Positions 1 to 13,091 of a stretch of 64,000 nucleotides of DNA are shown in pieces. The notes beneath the pieces were generated by a model that saw only the letters and a list, made by a program, of their open reading frames with translations, had not been told where the DNA came from and searched no databases. A program made the position numbers and the translations under genes. The stretch is from Octopus sinensis (Eukaryota), in NCBI RefSeq assembly GCF_006345805.1, contig NC_042998.1, positions 47,616,001-47,680,000 of the forward strand, read 5' to 3'. How positions within the stretch are numbered: the stretch's first letter is position 1; every line of letters begins with the position of its first letter.

Positions 1-483
1 GTGTTGGCGATGGCGGCGACAGTAGCGATGATGGTGGTGGTGGTGGTGGTGGTGGTGGTAGTGGTGGTGGGTGTTTAGCAGAGATGGGTGCTGCAGGGGG
101 ATTGTCATAGAACATTCCGTCAACAAGGAAGATAGGAAATACGAGTGACCGGAAGAAAAAAAGCACCTATGACATAAACATGGGGAATATTTCCACACGG
201 ATATACAAATATCTATAACAAGAAACGCACAAACATCCACTGATACTGTCACATTGAATATTGCCTATATTGAATAGGCATTTATGCATGCAATGTGATT
301 GCTTAAAAATATATGTGCACGGGTATAGGACTGGAAAGATTTCATCACTATGGCAATTACATGTGGTGTGCCGATACAGATGCACACACATACACACACA
401 CATACAAACACACATATATACATACATACATACATGCATGCACGCTCTCATATGCAATGGCGCAAATATATATTTATATACGC

Positions 484-720
484 TTTTACTTGTTTCAGTC
501 GTTTATTTGACTGTGGCCATGCTGGAGCACCGCATTTAGTCGTGCAAATCGACCCCCAGGACTTATTCTTTGTGAGCCTAGTACTTATTCTATCGGTCCT
601 TTTTGCCGAACCGCTAAGTTACGGGGACGTAAACACACCAGCATCGGTTGTCAAGCGATGGTTGGGGGGGGGGACAAACACAAACACATAAACACACACA
701 CACACACATACACACACACT

Positions 721-754
<34 letters not shown>

Positions 755-760
755 CACACA
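484..760 (-). mobile_element. SINE family A, 3' half, ending in its internal CA-rich microsatellite
   Basis: Reverse complement of the tail ...GGCGGTGCTCCAGCATGGCCACAGTCAAATGACTGAAACAAGTAAAAG shared with full copies at 1687-2173, 17606-18040 and 55981-56376. Confidence 0.85.
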
Positions 761-965
761 TGCACGTGTATTCATTTATGTGGGTGAGTTTTTGTCGAAA
801 ACTGATGGTGGTTGATCGTCTTCACGTCTTTTGTGTGTTTCCTTGTTTTCTGTATGTCTTTCCATAATCTTTCACTGCAACATTATTTTATACGCATGTA
901 TGTGTATGTATGTATGTATGTGTGTGTTTACATATATATATTATATATATATAATATATATATAT

Positions 966-1164
966 ACATACATACATATATGTAGATAGATCGATAGACA
1001 GATGGCTCGATATACACATGCACACATATGTGTATGTGTGTGTGCGTAGTTAAATTATATAAAACAAGAAACTATATATATATAGCATCTATCTATCTAT
1101 ATATCTATCTATCTATCTATCTCGCTAGCTTGCTATAAATATATATATATATATGTAAACAAAG

Positions 1165-1206
<42 letters not shown>

Positions 1207-1331
1207 ATATATACACATACATATATGTAGATAGATCGATAGACAGATGGCTCGATATACACATGCACACATATGTGTATGTGTGTGTGCGTAGTTAAAT
1301 TATATAAAACAAGAAACTATATATATATAGC

Positions 1332-1371
<40 letters not shown>

Positions 1372-1386
1372 CGCTAGCTTGCTATC
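966..1386. repeat. Local tandem duplication (~247-bp offset) within TA microsatellites
   Basis: ...gatagatcgatagacagatggctcgatatac...tcgctagcttgctat occurs at ~966-1137 and ~1213-1386. Confidence 0.85.
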
Positions 1387-1387
1387 A

Positions 1388-1420
<33 letters not shown>

Positions 1421-1452
1421 ATAATATATATATATATATATTATATATATAT

Positions 1453-1504
<52 letters not shown>

Positions 1505-1582
1505 GATAAATCTCAGAGCGAGTTATAAACGGTAGCATCCACCCTTATGGGTTGCCATATTCAAATGGCAAATATGCATCAC

Positions 1583-1616
<34 letters not shown>

Positions 1617-1686
1617 ATATATATATATCTATATATATATATATTATATATATATACACATACATATATGTATGTATATATATATA

Positions 1687-1977
1687 CTCTTTTACTTGTT
1701 TCAGTCAAATGACTGTGGCCATGCTGGAGCACCGCCTTTAGGCGAACAAATCGACCCCAGAACTTATTCTTTGGATGCCTAGTACTTATTCTATTTGTCT
1801 CTTTTGCCAAACCGGTAGGTTACGGGGACGTAAACACACCACACCACACCACCGTCGGTTGTCAAGCGATGTTGGGGTTCAAACACAGACACACAAACAT
1901 ATACACACACACACATGCATACATATATACAAACATACATACATACAGACAGACATACATACATACATATATGTATG

Positions 1978-2011
<34 letters not shown>

Positions 2012-2173
2012 ACGAGCTTCTTTCAGTTTCCATCTACCAAATCAACTCACAAGGCTTTGGTTGGCCCGAGGCTATAGTAGAAGACACTTGCTCAAGGTGT
2101 CACGCAGTGGGACTGAAACCGGAACCATGTAATTGGTAAGCAAGCTACTTACCGCACAGCCACTCCTACGCCT
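1687..2173 (-). mobile_element. SINE family A, full length (tRNA-like head, CORE-like body, internal TA/TG microsatellite)
   Basis: Minus strand begins GGCGTAGGAGTGGCTGTGCGG (A box) ... GGTTTCAGTCCC (B box), then CCTTGAGCAAGTGTCTT, microsatellite and conserved tail. Confidence 0.9.
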
Positions 2174-2179
2174 ATATAT

Positions 2180-2606
2180 TCAAATTTGTGGCACAAGGCA
2201 ATTTTAAAGGCAGGGATAAATCGATTGCATGGACTCCAGTGCTCAACTGCTACTTATTCTATCGATCCTGAGAAGATGAAAGGCAATGTCGACCACGGTG
2301 CGAGGAGGGGGAATTCAGTCACATTTTCTTGGTTTTATTTTTTACTGTTTGTTACACGCTTTTTATGTAATTCCATACTGTATCGCTCTGTACTATATAG
2401 TTTATAAAGAAAGTAATCCTTAATGCGCCGAACAAAATACTTAGCGGCATTTCTTCCGGCTCTTTATGTGCTAAGCTCAAATCCTCCGAGGTCAGCTTTG
2501 CTTTTCGTAGTCTTATAAAATAAATACCAGCCGAACACTGGGGTCAATGTAATCGATTTATACCCTCCCTTGGAATTGCTAGCCTTGCCAAAATTTGAAA
2601 CCATTA
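2180..2606. mobile_element. Two degenerate SINE family B copies (minus ~2180-2300, plus ~2425-2606)
   Basis: Matches to GAGTTCAAATTCCGCCGAGGTCGACTTTGCCTTTCATCC and CTGGGGTCGATGTAATCGA motifs. Confidence 0.7.
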
Positions 2607-2649
2607 TTATTGTTGTTATTATTAATGCTGTTGTTGTTGTTGTTGTTAA

Positions 2650-3563
2650 ATACTTTTAGTCTGCATGTTTGTTACAATCACTTTCCGAGTCACACCCACC
2701 GTCCTAGGGCGAGTGAAGGATAAGAAATGTTACAGTATGACTGAAAACTTGGGGCGGGGATGTGGCAGGTGCACTAGTGAAATATACTCATGTAATACAA
2801 CACAGACATTTAAATTGATAGGCTTTTCTAAGGATGTGGGCAGTACTTGTCAGCACAATCTTTTCAGTTTCTCTGAGACATAGTACTCCTGGGATGTTAT
2901 CTCGATGTTTCTGACATCCCTATGTTTTATCATACACAGGGCACCTGCAATAACAGGAATAGTTCTCTCTTTAAGATGCCACATCTTTTGTGTTTCAATT
3001 TCGAGGTCCTGTCTTTGCTTTTCCTTTTTTCTCTGCTTTCAATACTCCCTCGTTCCCAACTGTCGCTATCAAGGTTTCCTTACTTTGGGCTAGGTATCTC
3101 ATTATGCTCTCGAGTTCGATACGAACGCAGTCTCCCACCTTATCAGTCCTCTTACTCCATTTTCTCTGTTCATATACAGGCGATCAATGTCCGCACGTGG
3201 ATGATGGGCATCATGCATCGTTAGAAGCTTTCCTGTCCATCTCCTTTAGTTCCTCCTCTGTTCACTTCAGGATTCCAGCTCTATACCGAACTACTGCGAC
3301 TGCACGCGAGTTTATTACCGAAATTATGTTTATGGCGTCCGTCTTTGAAGCAAAAATTTTTCTCACTCGCCGCAGATATTCTCTTTTTGTCTTTTCCTTC
3401 ATGTCGTCATATTTGATTCCATCTGCCTCGATTATTCCCAGCTATTTATAGCTGGATTTAGGCTGAATTGCTTTCATCATTTCACCACTTGGCAACCATA
3501 TCCTTTCAGTCCTGACTAGTTTTCCTCGTCTCATCACCACCGTGGCACATTTTGTGAGTCCGG
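2650..3563 (-). mobile_element. R4/Dong-like (RLE-type) non-LTR retrotransposon, 3' fragment with internal deletion
   Basis: Minus-strand translation KCATVVMRRGK..YKYLGIIE..MKEKTKREYLRRVRKI..HPRADIDRLY fused to QDLEIETQKMWHLK..IPVIAGAL..TAHILRK; 3' end abuts (AAC)/(AAT) repeats. Confidence 0.8.
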
Positions 3564-3566
3564 GTT

Positions 3567-3778
3567 GGTGAGCTGGCAGAACCATAAACACACCATACTA
3601 AATTCTCAGCAGCATCTATCCATATTTACATTCTGAGTTGAAATCCCGCTGAGGTTGACTTTGCTTTCAGCTTTTCAGGGTCGATAAAATAAGTTCCAGT
3701 TGGACTTTTGAGTTGATGTAATCAGCTAGTCCGCTCCCCCAAAATTTCAGACCTTGTGCCTTTAATAGAAAGGATTAT
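3567..3778 (+). mobile_element. SINE family B with tail type 2, followed by (TAT)n
   Basis: GGTGAGCTGGCAGAA head ... GGTCGATAAAATAAGT ... CCCCAAAATTTCAGACCTTGTGCC...AGAAAGGATT. Confidence 0.8.
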
Positions 3779-4093
3779 ATTATTATTATTATTATTATTA
3801 TTTATTATTATTATTATTATTATTGTTGTTGTTGTTGTTCTTGTTATTATTATTATTATTATCATTAGTAGTAGTAGTAGTATAGTAGTAGTAGTAGTGG
3901 TGGTGGTGGTGTGGTGGTGGTGGTGGTGGTGGTGGTGGTGGCGGTGGCGGCAGCGGTGGCGGTGGCGGCGGCGGTGGCGGTGGCGGCGGCGGTGGCGGCG
4001 GTGGCGGTGGCAGTGGTAGTAGTAGTAGTGGTGCTGGTGGTGGTAGTGGTGGTGGTGGTGGTGGTGGTGGCGGCGGCGGTGGTGGTGGTGGTG

Positions 4094-4164
<71 letters not shown>

Positions 4165-4198
4165 GGTGGCGGCGGCGGTGGTGGTGGTGGTGGTGGTA
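3775..4198. repeat. Compound trinucleotide microsatellite (TAT/GTT/AGT/GGT/GGC)
   Basis: Directly visible; explains the poly-H/P/V/W ORFs. Confidence 0.95.
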
Positions 4199-4516
4199 AG
4201 AAGGCAAGAAAGAATGGATGCATGAATGTAATAATTTGTAAGAACGTCAATAGAAACAACAGTGAGTTTTTGAGTGTATAAATTTTGTAACAGAGCAAGT
4301 ATTCATGTACAGATTAATGATTTGGTGACAAACTGCATTCAAAGATAAATCCCTTAAAACAATACACAGAAGTTGGTTGATAATTATCATGGTTTCATAA
4401 CGATATATTACCTTACAATCAGATGACGGATATATATTTTAGCTCGTAATGTATATGTGCTTAAGCATACATACATACATACATAAGCATATTGAGACAA
4501 ACGTACATATATTCTC

Positions 4517-4586
4517 ATATATATATATATGTATGTATATATAATATATATATATATAAGCAAAAATAAATCTCTGAACGATTATA

Positions 4587-4665
<79 letters not shown>

Positions 4666-4735
4666 ATATATATATATATATAAGCAAAAATAAATCTCTG
4701 AACGATGTATATATGTATATATATATATATATATT

Positions 4736-4767
<32 letters not shown>

Positions 4768-4866
4768 GATATATATATATATATTATATATATATATATA
4801 TAGATATATATATATATAAGCAAAAATAAATCTCTGAACGATTGTATATATGTATATATATATATA

Positions 4867-4903
<37 letters not shown>

Positions 4904-4930
4904 CATACATACATACATACACATATATAT
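4517..4930. repeat. (TA)n array with three copies of a 25-bp spacer AAGCAAAAATAAATCTCTGAACGAT
   Basis: Spacer at ~4558, ~4682 and ~4818. Confidence 0.9.
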
Positions 4931-5585
4931 ATTTAATATATATGCATATACATATACATGTACATAAACATATATATGTAGATATTTATGTATATATATT
5001 CATATACATTCATATACATCTGTATATATTATTATGTGTGTGTGTTTGTGTGTGTGTGCAGGCATGTTATATATGCACTACTAACATCCCTGGCCTCGCC
5101 GGATGTAGTAATACCTAAATTAAATTCGACTACATAAATTAATTATATTTGAGGGATAATTTGCATAAAAAAGATGGTGACGTTTTTGAGTTGGTCCTGG
5201 AATGTTGACTCAATGCATATTGTTGTATCATTCAAACCTCAACAGGCTGACATATTCCAGAAAATTTTACAAACTTTAGTAATTCATTAAATTTTTCTTA
5301 CTGCAAATCAAATTTGACACTACACTACAATCATAAAACATTCTTAATCTCTTCAATATTAAGACTAATTTAGTTTCAAATATTTACCTCAAGTCATCTT
5401 AGATATTTACTAACCAATATAGCTTTAGTAACACTTTCAAGCACTTTAATGATTCTCTTTTCCATAGTGGATCCCAAAATGAAATTAAAGGCTTTTAGTG
5501 CTAAAAGAATCAGCACCACAAATAGATAACTGAAGTATAAGATACAACCTGGTTTAATCTACCTTGAAAATTAGTCGTAGTAAGA

Positions 5586-5847
5586 AAAAATATAATAAAT
5601 GCGCCCTTTTAAAGCTTGGCCAGGCTCATGGGCTCGGTTTTCCGGTTTCTATGGTGTTTGTGTTCCCCAGCTGGACGAGACGCCAGTCCATCGCAGCGTT
5701 ACTCATTTTTGCCAGCTGAGTGGACTGGAGCAACGTGAATTGAAGGGTTTTGCTCAAGAACACAACGCGTCGCCCGATCTAGGAATCGAAACCATAATCT
5801 TACGATCATGGTGTTGACACCCTAACCACTAAGCCACGCGCCTCCAC
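5586..5847 (-). mobile_element. SINE: head D + V-domain-like tail, with 13-bp TSD
   Basis: Head GTGGAGGCGCGTGGCTTAGTGGTTAGG...GGTTTCGATTCC; tail TGCGATGGACTGGCGTC...AGAAACCGG; TSD AGTCGTAGTAAGA at 5573-5585 and 5848-5860. Confidence 0.92.
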
Positions 5848-6828
5848 AGTCGTAGTAAGAGCAGTTGTAGAAATAACTTACAACCTTTTCAAGAAACATT
5901 TCTCTCCAGAACAGAGGTATTAAACATATATAATAAAAATTATACATTATATGCCGAGCATCAACAGAACGTGAAGTCAGAAGAAATGCAGTGAAGCATT
6001 TTCCCCGGCGCGGTAGCGATTCTGCCAATTCGCTGCTATATAAAGATATTAACAACCGTAATTATACAAAACTATACACCTTGTATTTGGACTATTATAA
6101 ATTTACTATCAACAATGTACACGAATATTATTTATGTTTACTGTTTATCTAAATAAATAATTATTTCTCCACTGATTCACCATGAGAGAAACTCTATAAC
6201 ATTATTTCTTTTGGCTCTATACGGCTTGCTTACAAATCCACTCGCTCATCTTGTTATGGGATTACACACGCATTATTTGCCTTTGTTTTAACTTACACAC
6301 TTATTTTAAATTTACTGAGAAGAAAAACTTATTCATAATTTTCTAGCTCTACATGGTTTGTCTACAATTCGACTAGATTTTCTTGTTATTTAGTTATTTT
6401 GCATCAAACTTTATTTTAATTAAATAATTATATCTCAAATTCTATTTTACTCTTACTCTTTACTTCCCATTACTAATCCCTATACTTCCACTAATCACGA
6501 AATATGGCCTCTTTGCAATAATTCATAAAAGATTAACATCTCTGAAAGCACAAGCAGCTTTCTTTAACTTCATATATTTACTGGTTTATAAACTGAAGGC
6601 TTATCCCGCTTTATCGCAGCTTAAATAGAAAAGTTTCATAGTTTTTAAAAAATATTTTAATTCATTTATTTATTTATTGTTGCAACAGTCATAGAATTCA
6701 TAGTCCCTCCCTTTTTATTTCTATTTGTACTTTCTCACTATCAAGCTATAGCGATATATACACACACACACAAACATACACATACACAAACGTACACATG
6801 CACGCAAATGTGTGTGTGATTGTGTGTG

Positions 6829-6925
<97 letters not shown>

Positions 6926-6959
6926 TTACTATATATAGTAAATATGGCATAAGTACTCC

Positions 6960-7370
6960 GAAGCAAAATTGGATATCACCAAATCAGGAATAGAACAAAA
7001 ACTAGACAACTAGAAAACCAGAAATTAAAACAAGAAAACAACATATAGTAAAACAACAGTGAAGATTACCAAAGTATAGATCATGCAGAAAGCAAATTAG
7101 CAAATGAAACGACGACGATCATAGATAAATCCTTCGGAAGCAAAACAATAAAACGCCACTGAAGTGCAACCAATGAAAACAGGAGACATATTAAACGTAG
7201 CTCCATCACCCCCACCAAAATACATCGGAAACCGGCCAATGAAAATTGTAACCTTTGAGACATGGACGATCTCACTCCAACATATATAAAATAAACACAA
7301 GCATCGGAAGAATATTAGCACTCGCCTGAAAATCGCATTGGCATGAAACTCGAGTCGCAAGAAAACTTGT
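6960..7370 (+). mobile_element. Probable Penelope-like pseudo-LTR remnant ending in a degenerate hammerhead motif (7321-7361)
   Basis: Similar to 9200-9640; CTCGC-CTGAAAA-TCGCATTGGCAT-GAAA-CTCGAG-TC-GCAAG. Confidence 0.55.
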
Positions 7371-7512
7371 TCAGTGTGTGCATGTGTATGTATATGTGTG
7401 TGTGTATATATATATATACATACAGACATATACACACATAGAAACATTCGCACGCACATACACAAACACTCACACATCCATACATGCATGCATACATACA
7501 TACATACATACA

Positions 7513-7545
<33 letters not shown>

Positions 7546-7802
7546 TTGGTTCAGTTTCCTTTCAATGCCTCTGTATATACGACTCAGCGAGATGCAGATA
7601 ATCTATTGGTGTTGGCATAAAGACGTAATCATGTGTTTGTGTATACATATGTAAGTTCTATACATACGTGTACATATTAACATGTAAATATACATTCGTA
7701 TAGCATATACACAGAAATATAACTAGACAGATATATAAATGGGGCACATATATTTATGTGTGCAAGTGTATGTGTTTGTGTGTCTGTGTGTTTGTGTGTC
7801 TG

Positions 7803-7837
<35 letters not shown>

Positions 7838-8488
7838 TGTATGTGTGTATGTGTGTGTGTGTTAAAAAGGTTAGAGAGAGTGTGAGAGTGTAAATGAGAA
7901 ACGAGTAGATATACGCGTTGAAGTGTGTATATTGATAACCGAAATACTGGTTTGAAATTAATTTTCGGATTTTGATAAATTAGTTTGTTTTGTTCTTAGA
8001 TTACGAGATAACTAGATTGGCTTACGTCTATATTCCTATGCATGTAAGTATTTGCGTGTATGTTTGCGTGTGTATGGATTAAGTGTATGTTGTTAACGTG
8101 CGAATGAACTTTGAAAATGTTGTATATATGGACTTATCTTAGTGCGTATCAACGCATACGTATTGGGTTGAGTGCATATCTATGAGCATAGATTTGTTTG
8201 TTTGAAAATGCGTTTAGATGTACAAGATGTTGGTGTATGTAACCAGATTTTGTTAGAATTTAATGCAGCCTATGCATTTACAATCATAGATTTGTAACTC
8301 TGTAAGGATTAACTTTATCATGCAAGTATACATATATGTGTGTGTGTAAATGTGAGTGTGTGTGTGTGCGTGTCCGTCTGTGTATATGCGCGCGCGTTTG
8401 TTTGAGACATTTATACTTTCTTCCTGGAGAGGTTTATAAAGCTGTATGAGAATGTGTAACTGTATGCACACCACCTACACATGTCTTT

Positions 8489-8489
<1 letters not shown>

Positions 8490-8519
<30 letters not shown>

Positions 8520-8783
8520 TGGTAGCAGCAACAACAACAACAGCAACATTAGTAGTGGTGGTGGTAGGTGTGGTGTTGCTGGTAGAAGTACTAGTAGCAG
8601 CAACATTAGTAGTGGTGGTGGTGGGTGTGGTTTTGCTGGTTGTAATAGTAGTAGTAGTAGTAACAACAACAACAAGAACAGCAACATTAGTAGTGGTGGT
8701 GGTGGGTGCGGTGTTGCTGGTAGTAGTAGTAGTAGTAGTAGTAGTAGTTGTTGTTGTTGCTGTTGTTGTTGCTGCTGTTGTTG
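8490..8783. repeat. Compound AGT/AAC/GGT/GTT microsatellite with three higher-order units
   Basis: AGCAACATTAGTAGTGGTGGTGGT.GGTGTGGT occurs three times. Confidence 0.85.
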
Positions 8784-9199
8784 AGTTTGCATGTTGCTAG
8801 TACAATTATGGAAACTATATTCAATACAAATGTAAATATAGTGCATTCAAAGTAAATCAACTACTACAGCCGTCACTCGCAAGCGAGTATGTCTTGGTAA
8901 CACGCACCATGCTTTTGCAAATTGTTTTAGGTGCTTCTGTAGTCGGTTTTCTTATCTTAGACCCATTGACACGTCAAATGTATCACAGTTGGAGGAAAAG
9001 TGAGGGATTTTGCCCTGGCATTCGTTAACTAGACTGCAGCTACATGAAATATCGTTTCTTGCTGAATGAAACAATGCACTCCTTGATTCATAAATCGTAC
9101 CCACAACCTTGTAATTATGAGCCCAACAGTCTAGCCACCAGGCCGTACACCTGAGCAAAATGCATGCAACAGTCAAAAACGACCTCCCAAAACGCCTAC

Positions 9200-9640
9200 A
9201 TAAGTAAATCATAGAAACATAAATAAATTGTTTAAGTTAACCATGAAAGCAAGCATCAGTATATACAACACAGGTAGATAGAGGACGACAACTGAATTTG
9301 GCATTACGAAATAATAAACACATAAAGAAATTTCAATAAAGCAACTACAAGAAAGCAGAATCTACAAATTGATATTCAGATAAACATCAGATAAGCCGAC
9401 CAATGAACAATGAAAACAAATAGGAGACCAACGAACTGGCAGACGGAGCAACAAGAGACAACGTCTTAAAACAATATTAGAAAGAAACTAAAGAAAAACT
9501 AGTCAAAACCTTAGAAACCAACCGATGAAGCCAGTCATGGGCTCCAGTATATAAATAAAAGCCATCCCTAATACCGAAGGAAGATAGTTCTCACTTGAAG
9601 ATCGCAGTAGCATGAAACTCTGATAGCAAGAAGAAGAATT
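9200..9640 (+). mobile_element. Probable Penelope-like pseudo-LTR remnant ending in a degenerate hammerhead motif (~9591-9630)
   Basis: CTCAC-TTGAAGA-TCGCAGTAGCAT-GAAA-CTCTGA-TA-GCAAG; CAATGAAAACA...GGAGAC shared with 6960-7370. Confidence 0.55.
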
Positions 9641-10007
9641 CGAGTTAAATCAACAAGATACTATTAATATATACAAATAATTAAGTCCTAATTCTCTCGC
9701 GGCATGTTGTTTCCTTGAGCAATACCCCTCGTTTCCCGATACTCCTGTTTACGTAGTTGAAAATAAGGGGTAGGTGAGAGGTGGTACAGCTCTTTCTCCT
9801 TCCAGCTGCCACATCCTAGAGTGGGAGAGTCGAGAAGTGATCTATTTTTTCTTGCAAGTTCATGGGCACCTAATACAATTAGCGAAGGTACGGTACATTT
9901 TACCAAGCCATAGTTATTCGCTAGTTTTGCTGGCTCAAACACACACTCTCACACAAAAAAAATGGGAATGCATGTACGTGTGTGTATATACACCTGTGTA
10001 CATATAC

Positions 10008-10093
<86 letters not shown>

Positions 10094-10199
10094 TATATGA
10101 AAATAGACAAAAGACGAAGGCAGGTTTACGGACGAAGGCAGGTGGAATACAAACAACAATTGTATTAGTATGGCGCTCAGGAAATATAAATGAAACAAG

Positions 10200-10237
10200 T
10201 CTTTAACGTTTCGAGCCTACGCTCTTCAACAGAAAGA
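10200..10237 (-). ncRNA. Minimal hammerhead-like motif (Penelope-type, atypical core)
   Basis: TCTTT-CTGTTGA-AGAGCGTAGGCTC-GAAACGTT-AAAGA: stem I TCTTT/AAAGA, stem II GAGC/GCTC, palindromic AACGTT; core deviates from CUGANGA. Confidence 0.45.
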
Positions 10238-10417
10238 TACACAAGAAAAAAAAAACACAGAAAGAAGGAGAGAAAAAAATATGCGTGCAAAAGCTAGCGA
10301 ATCAACATGGCGATCTGATTTCGGCCAGAAGTCAAAGATCAAACCATATATATATATATATATACATATATACATATTATATACATATATGCATATATAT
10401 ATACATACATATATATA

Positions 10418-10522
10418 TGAGGTTTGCAAAGAATAGGTCCTGGGGTCAATTTGCTCGACTAAAGGCGGTGCTCCAGTATGGCCACAGTCAAATGACTGAA
10501 ACACGTAAATGAATAAAAGAAT
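10418..10522 (+). mobile_element. SINE family A tail fragment
   Basis: AAAGGCGGTGCTCCAGTATGGCCACAGTCAAATGACTGAAAC. Confidence 0.85.
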
Positions 10523-10546
10523 ATATATATATGTACACACACATAC

Positions 10547-10584
<38 letters not shown>

Positions 10585-10734
10585 GTATATATATGTGTGT
10601 ATATGTATATATATGTATATATCCATATATATACATACATATATAATAAAAGAATCTTACAAAACAAATATATGAACGTATATATATATATATATATTAT
10701 ATATATATATATTATATATATATATATATATATT

Positions 10735-11473
10735 ATATATTAGGGCTTAGTAAAATAATTACTTTGCCACATACTGAATTTGCTAGAAATAGCAGCCAAA
10801 AAAGTTTTTTTGCCATTTCCACTACTTAAAAAAAAAATTTCTCTCAGATAATGTTTACTCAAAATAACTCACGATGGTATGGAGGTAAAAACAGAAAAAT
10901 ATCACAAGTACAAAGATTATTTGAGAACGTTAACGTTTCTAGATTAGCCAAATAAACTCAGCATTTCTTTCGTCAGCTCAACATTTCTTATTTTGGATTT
11001 GGAAGCACTAAAAAGAAAGAACATACCCTTTGGTGACTTATCACCTCAGATGACCCGTTCAGACTGCCAGTACCAACAAATTCAAAATGTGCAAGCGAAG
11101 ATTCCCTGCTCTCCCCTTCCACCCACGTGGGTTATCTAGCAAACATTATATTTTAACGGTGAGAACCGAGGCAATATGACAGAGAGAAATGAATTATAAT
11201 ATCAACAATTGAGGGTAAAATTAATTAGTTATTAATCAATTTCACCAAGTATTCAGTATGTAAAAGGACCATTTAAGGCGAATTCAAAATATTACATTAT
11301 ATAATTAGGGCTTAGTAAAATAAATTACTTTGCCACATACTGAATTTGCTAGAAATAGCAGCCAAAAAAGTTTTTTTACCATTTCCACTACTTAAAAAAG
11401 TATGTCCTTTTACATACTGAATACTTTGTGAAATTGATTAATAACTAATTAATTTTACCCTCAATTGTTGATA
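10735..11473 (-). mobile_element. Non-coding hammerhead-bearing element (Penelope pLTR or retrozyme-like): ~565-bp unit plus ~95-bp direct repeat plus inverted 70-bp end
   Basis: 10740-10830 repeated at 11305-11399; 11198-11270 inverted at 11404-11473; HHR at 10921-10981; flanked by (TA)n. Confidence 0.75.
10921..10981 (-). ncRNA. Type I hammerhead ribozyme, intact core
   Basis: TTGAG-CTGACGA-[A AGA AAT GCTGAG TTTA TTTGGC TAA TCT A]-GAA-ACGTTAACGT-T-CTCAA: 5-bp stem I, stem II with internal loop, palindromic stem III, GUU cleavage triplet. Confidence 0.8.
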
Positions 11474-12662
11474 TATATATATATATATTATGCGTTCTTG
11501 TATGTGTCTGTGAATAATTGCAGAAGCCCTAGAGAAGAAGATCAGCAGCTATTTGAGAAACTGACCTACCTGACCAAGGACTGCAAGCAATATGCTACTG
11601 CACGAATCCACCAGAATCTTACATTTCTCCTTCAGTGACCTTTCGGAAAAGTTTGTAGGGATAGGAACAGGAGAAGCCATGCAGTACAGCTCGTTTAAAA
11701 GCTGGACACATCAACTGGAATTATTGGTACAATTTTCTTTTTCTTTCGGGGGAAAAAGGTTAGAATGAATAATACAGTGTGTGTGCGTCTTCATTCGAAC
11801 CGTAAGGGATTCCCGTTAAATCATACCCAGTCATCTTAAAATCTGAAGGACACAGATATTGAAGCCCTCGACACTATATGCTTCGAGAAAAGACAGAATA
11901 ATAACAGGTGCAACATATTTGACCATATTTGCTCAACCAGGTCTGACCTGAAGTGAAACAGCAATAATATCAGCAACTAGTTTATTTTTATTTAAGATGT
12001 ATTACATAGGATTAACCAGAATTTCTTTAGAAAGAAATTTTTATGCTAGCATTGTTTATCTCATGCCTCTTCTCATGTTCATTACTATTTTCCTAATGTT
12101 GTTTGTTAATTTTTCATTGTAGAATTCAAAATCATAACTGTAGAGCTCCTTTCGCTGCTTAAGATATCTTCAGTATTTCAGTCAGAGCCCTATACAATGA
12201 CATTACACAGGAAATATTACATAGTTACACGTCCGTTGAGGATGAAGTTTCCTGTAACATTGGAGAGTTTCCGAATGTTGATATTCATCTCGCCGAGTTC
12301 TTGAAATATGTAGTGTACAAGGCCAAGTGAAGAAAACAAAACAAACACTAGAATGCTGTCGTCAATAATGTTTGTTGGAAAACACTGACCTATATAAAAT
12401 TCATATTTATCTTACTCGCATGAAGTATTTCTCGCCCTTCGATGGTGAATTTGGCCAGAATTGCTTTAGACATTTACATTTCTCATTTAGCAATAATTAT
12501 AGAAAATTTGATTAAGTTTTGATGCTGAAGGATTATATGTGTCCCAGCTTACCGAAAAAAGTATTTTTTGAGTAAAAGAAGAGAGAGAGAGAGAAACAAG
12601 AAAGATAGAAGTGGGGAAAGAGAGAGATCAGTTGCATCAAAACACTGTGTAACACGAATTTT

Positions 12663-13091
12663 GGATTTTTTCGGTTTGAACGGCAGTTTTTAACATAATT
12701 TCAAGGTAACTAAAAAATTTTAAACTTCGTATACTGGTAGAATGTGTTTATAAAACATCTTTTTCTCTTGGCTTTATTGAGAAAATTCTATAGTTTGTAA
12801 GATATTTGTTGTTGTTGTTTTTCAATTTCTGCAATTTCAACCAATCACTGACGTCTATTGAGGTAAAAATAAACATCCTGTGCCGTATGAATTTGTCCCT
12901 CGTTTAAGAAACAGATTGGGTTTATTTACATTTGTGAAGAAAAAAAGATACCCTCCTCACCCCCACCTCTAACCCTAACCCTAACTCTAAAACAGATTGA
13001 AATGCAATAGATCGATACTAGGGTCATAATTATGGATGACTATTTCATATGACACCGCTAGAAAAAACTGCCGTTCAAACCGAAAAGATCC
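12663..13091. mobile_element. MITE with ~28-bp TIRs, 8-bp TSD and internal (CCCTAA)n
   Basis: TIRs GGATTTTTTCGGTTTGAACGGCAGTTTT / AAAACTGCCGTTCAAACCGAAAAGATCC; TSD CGAATTTT at 12655-12662 and 13092-13099; second copy at 61999-62471. Confidence 0.9.

Noticed and set aside
4558-4842. Regularly spaced 25-bp repeats as a CRISPR-like array
   Set aside because: Spacers are (TA)n, context is eukaryotic and there are no cas genes
12122-12330. Possible exon after TTTTCATTGTAG
   Set aside because: Open frames are short and unrecognisable; needs RNA-seq
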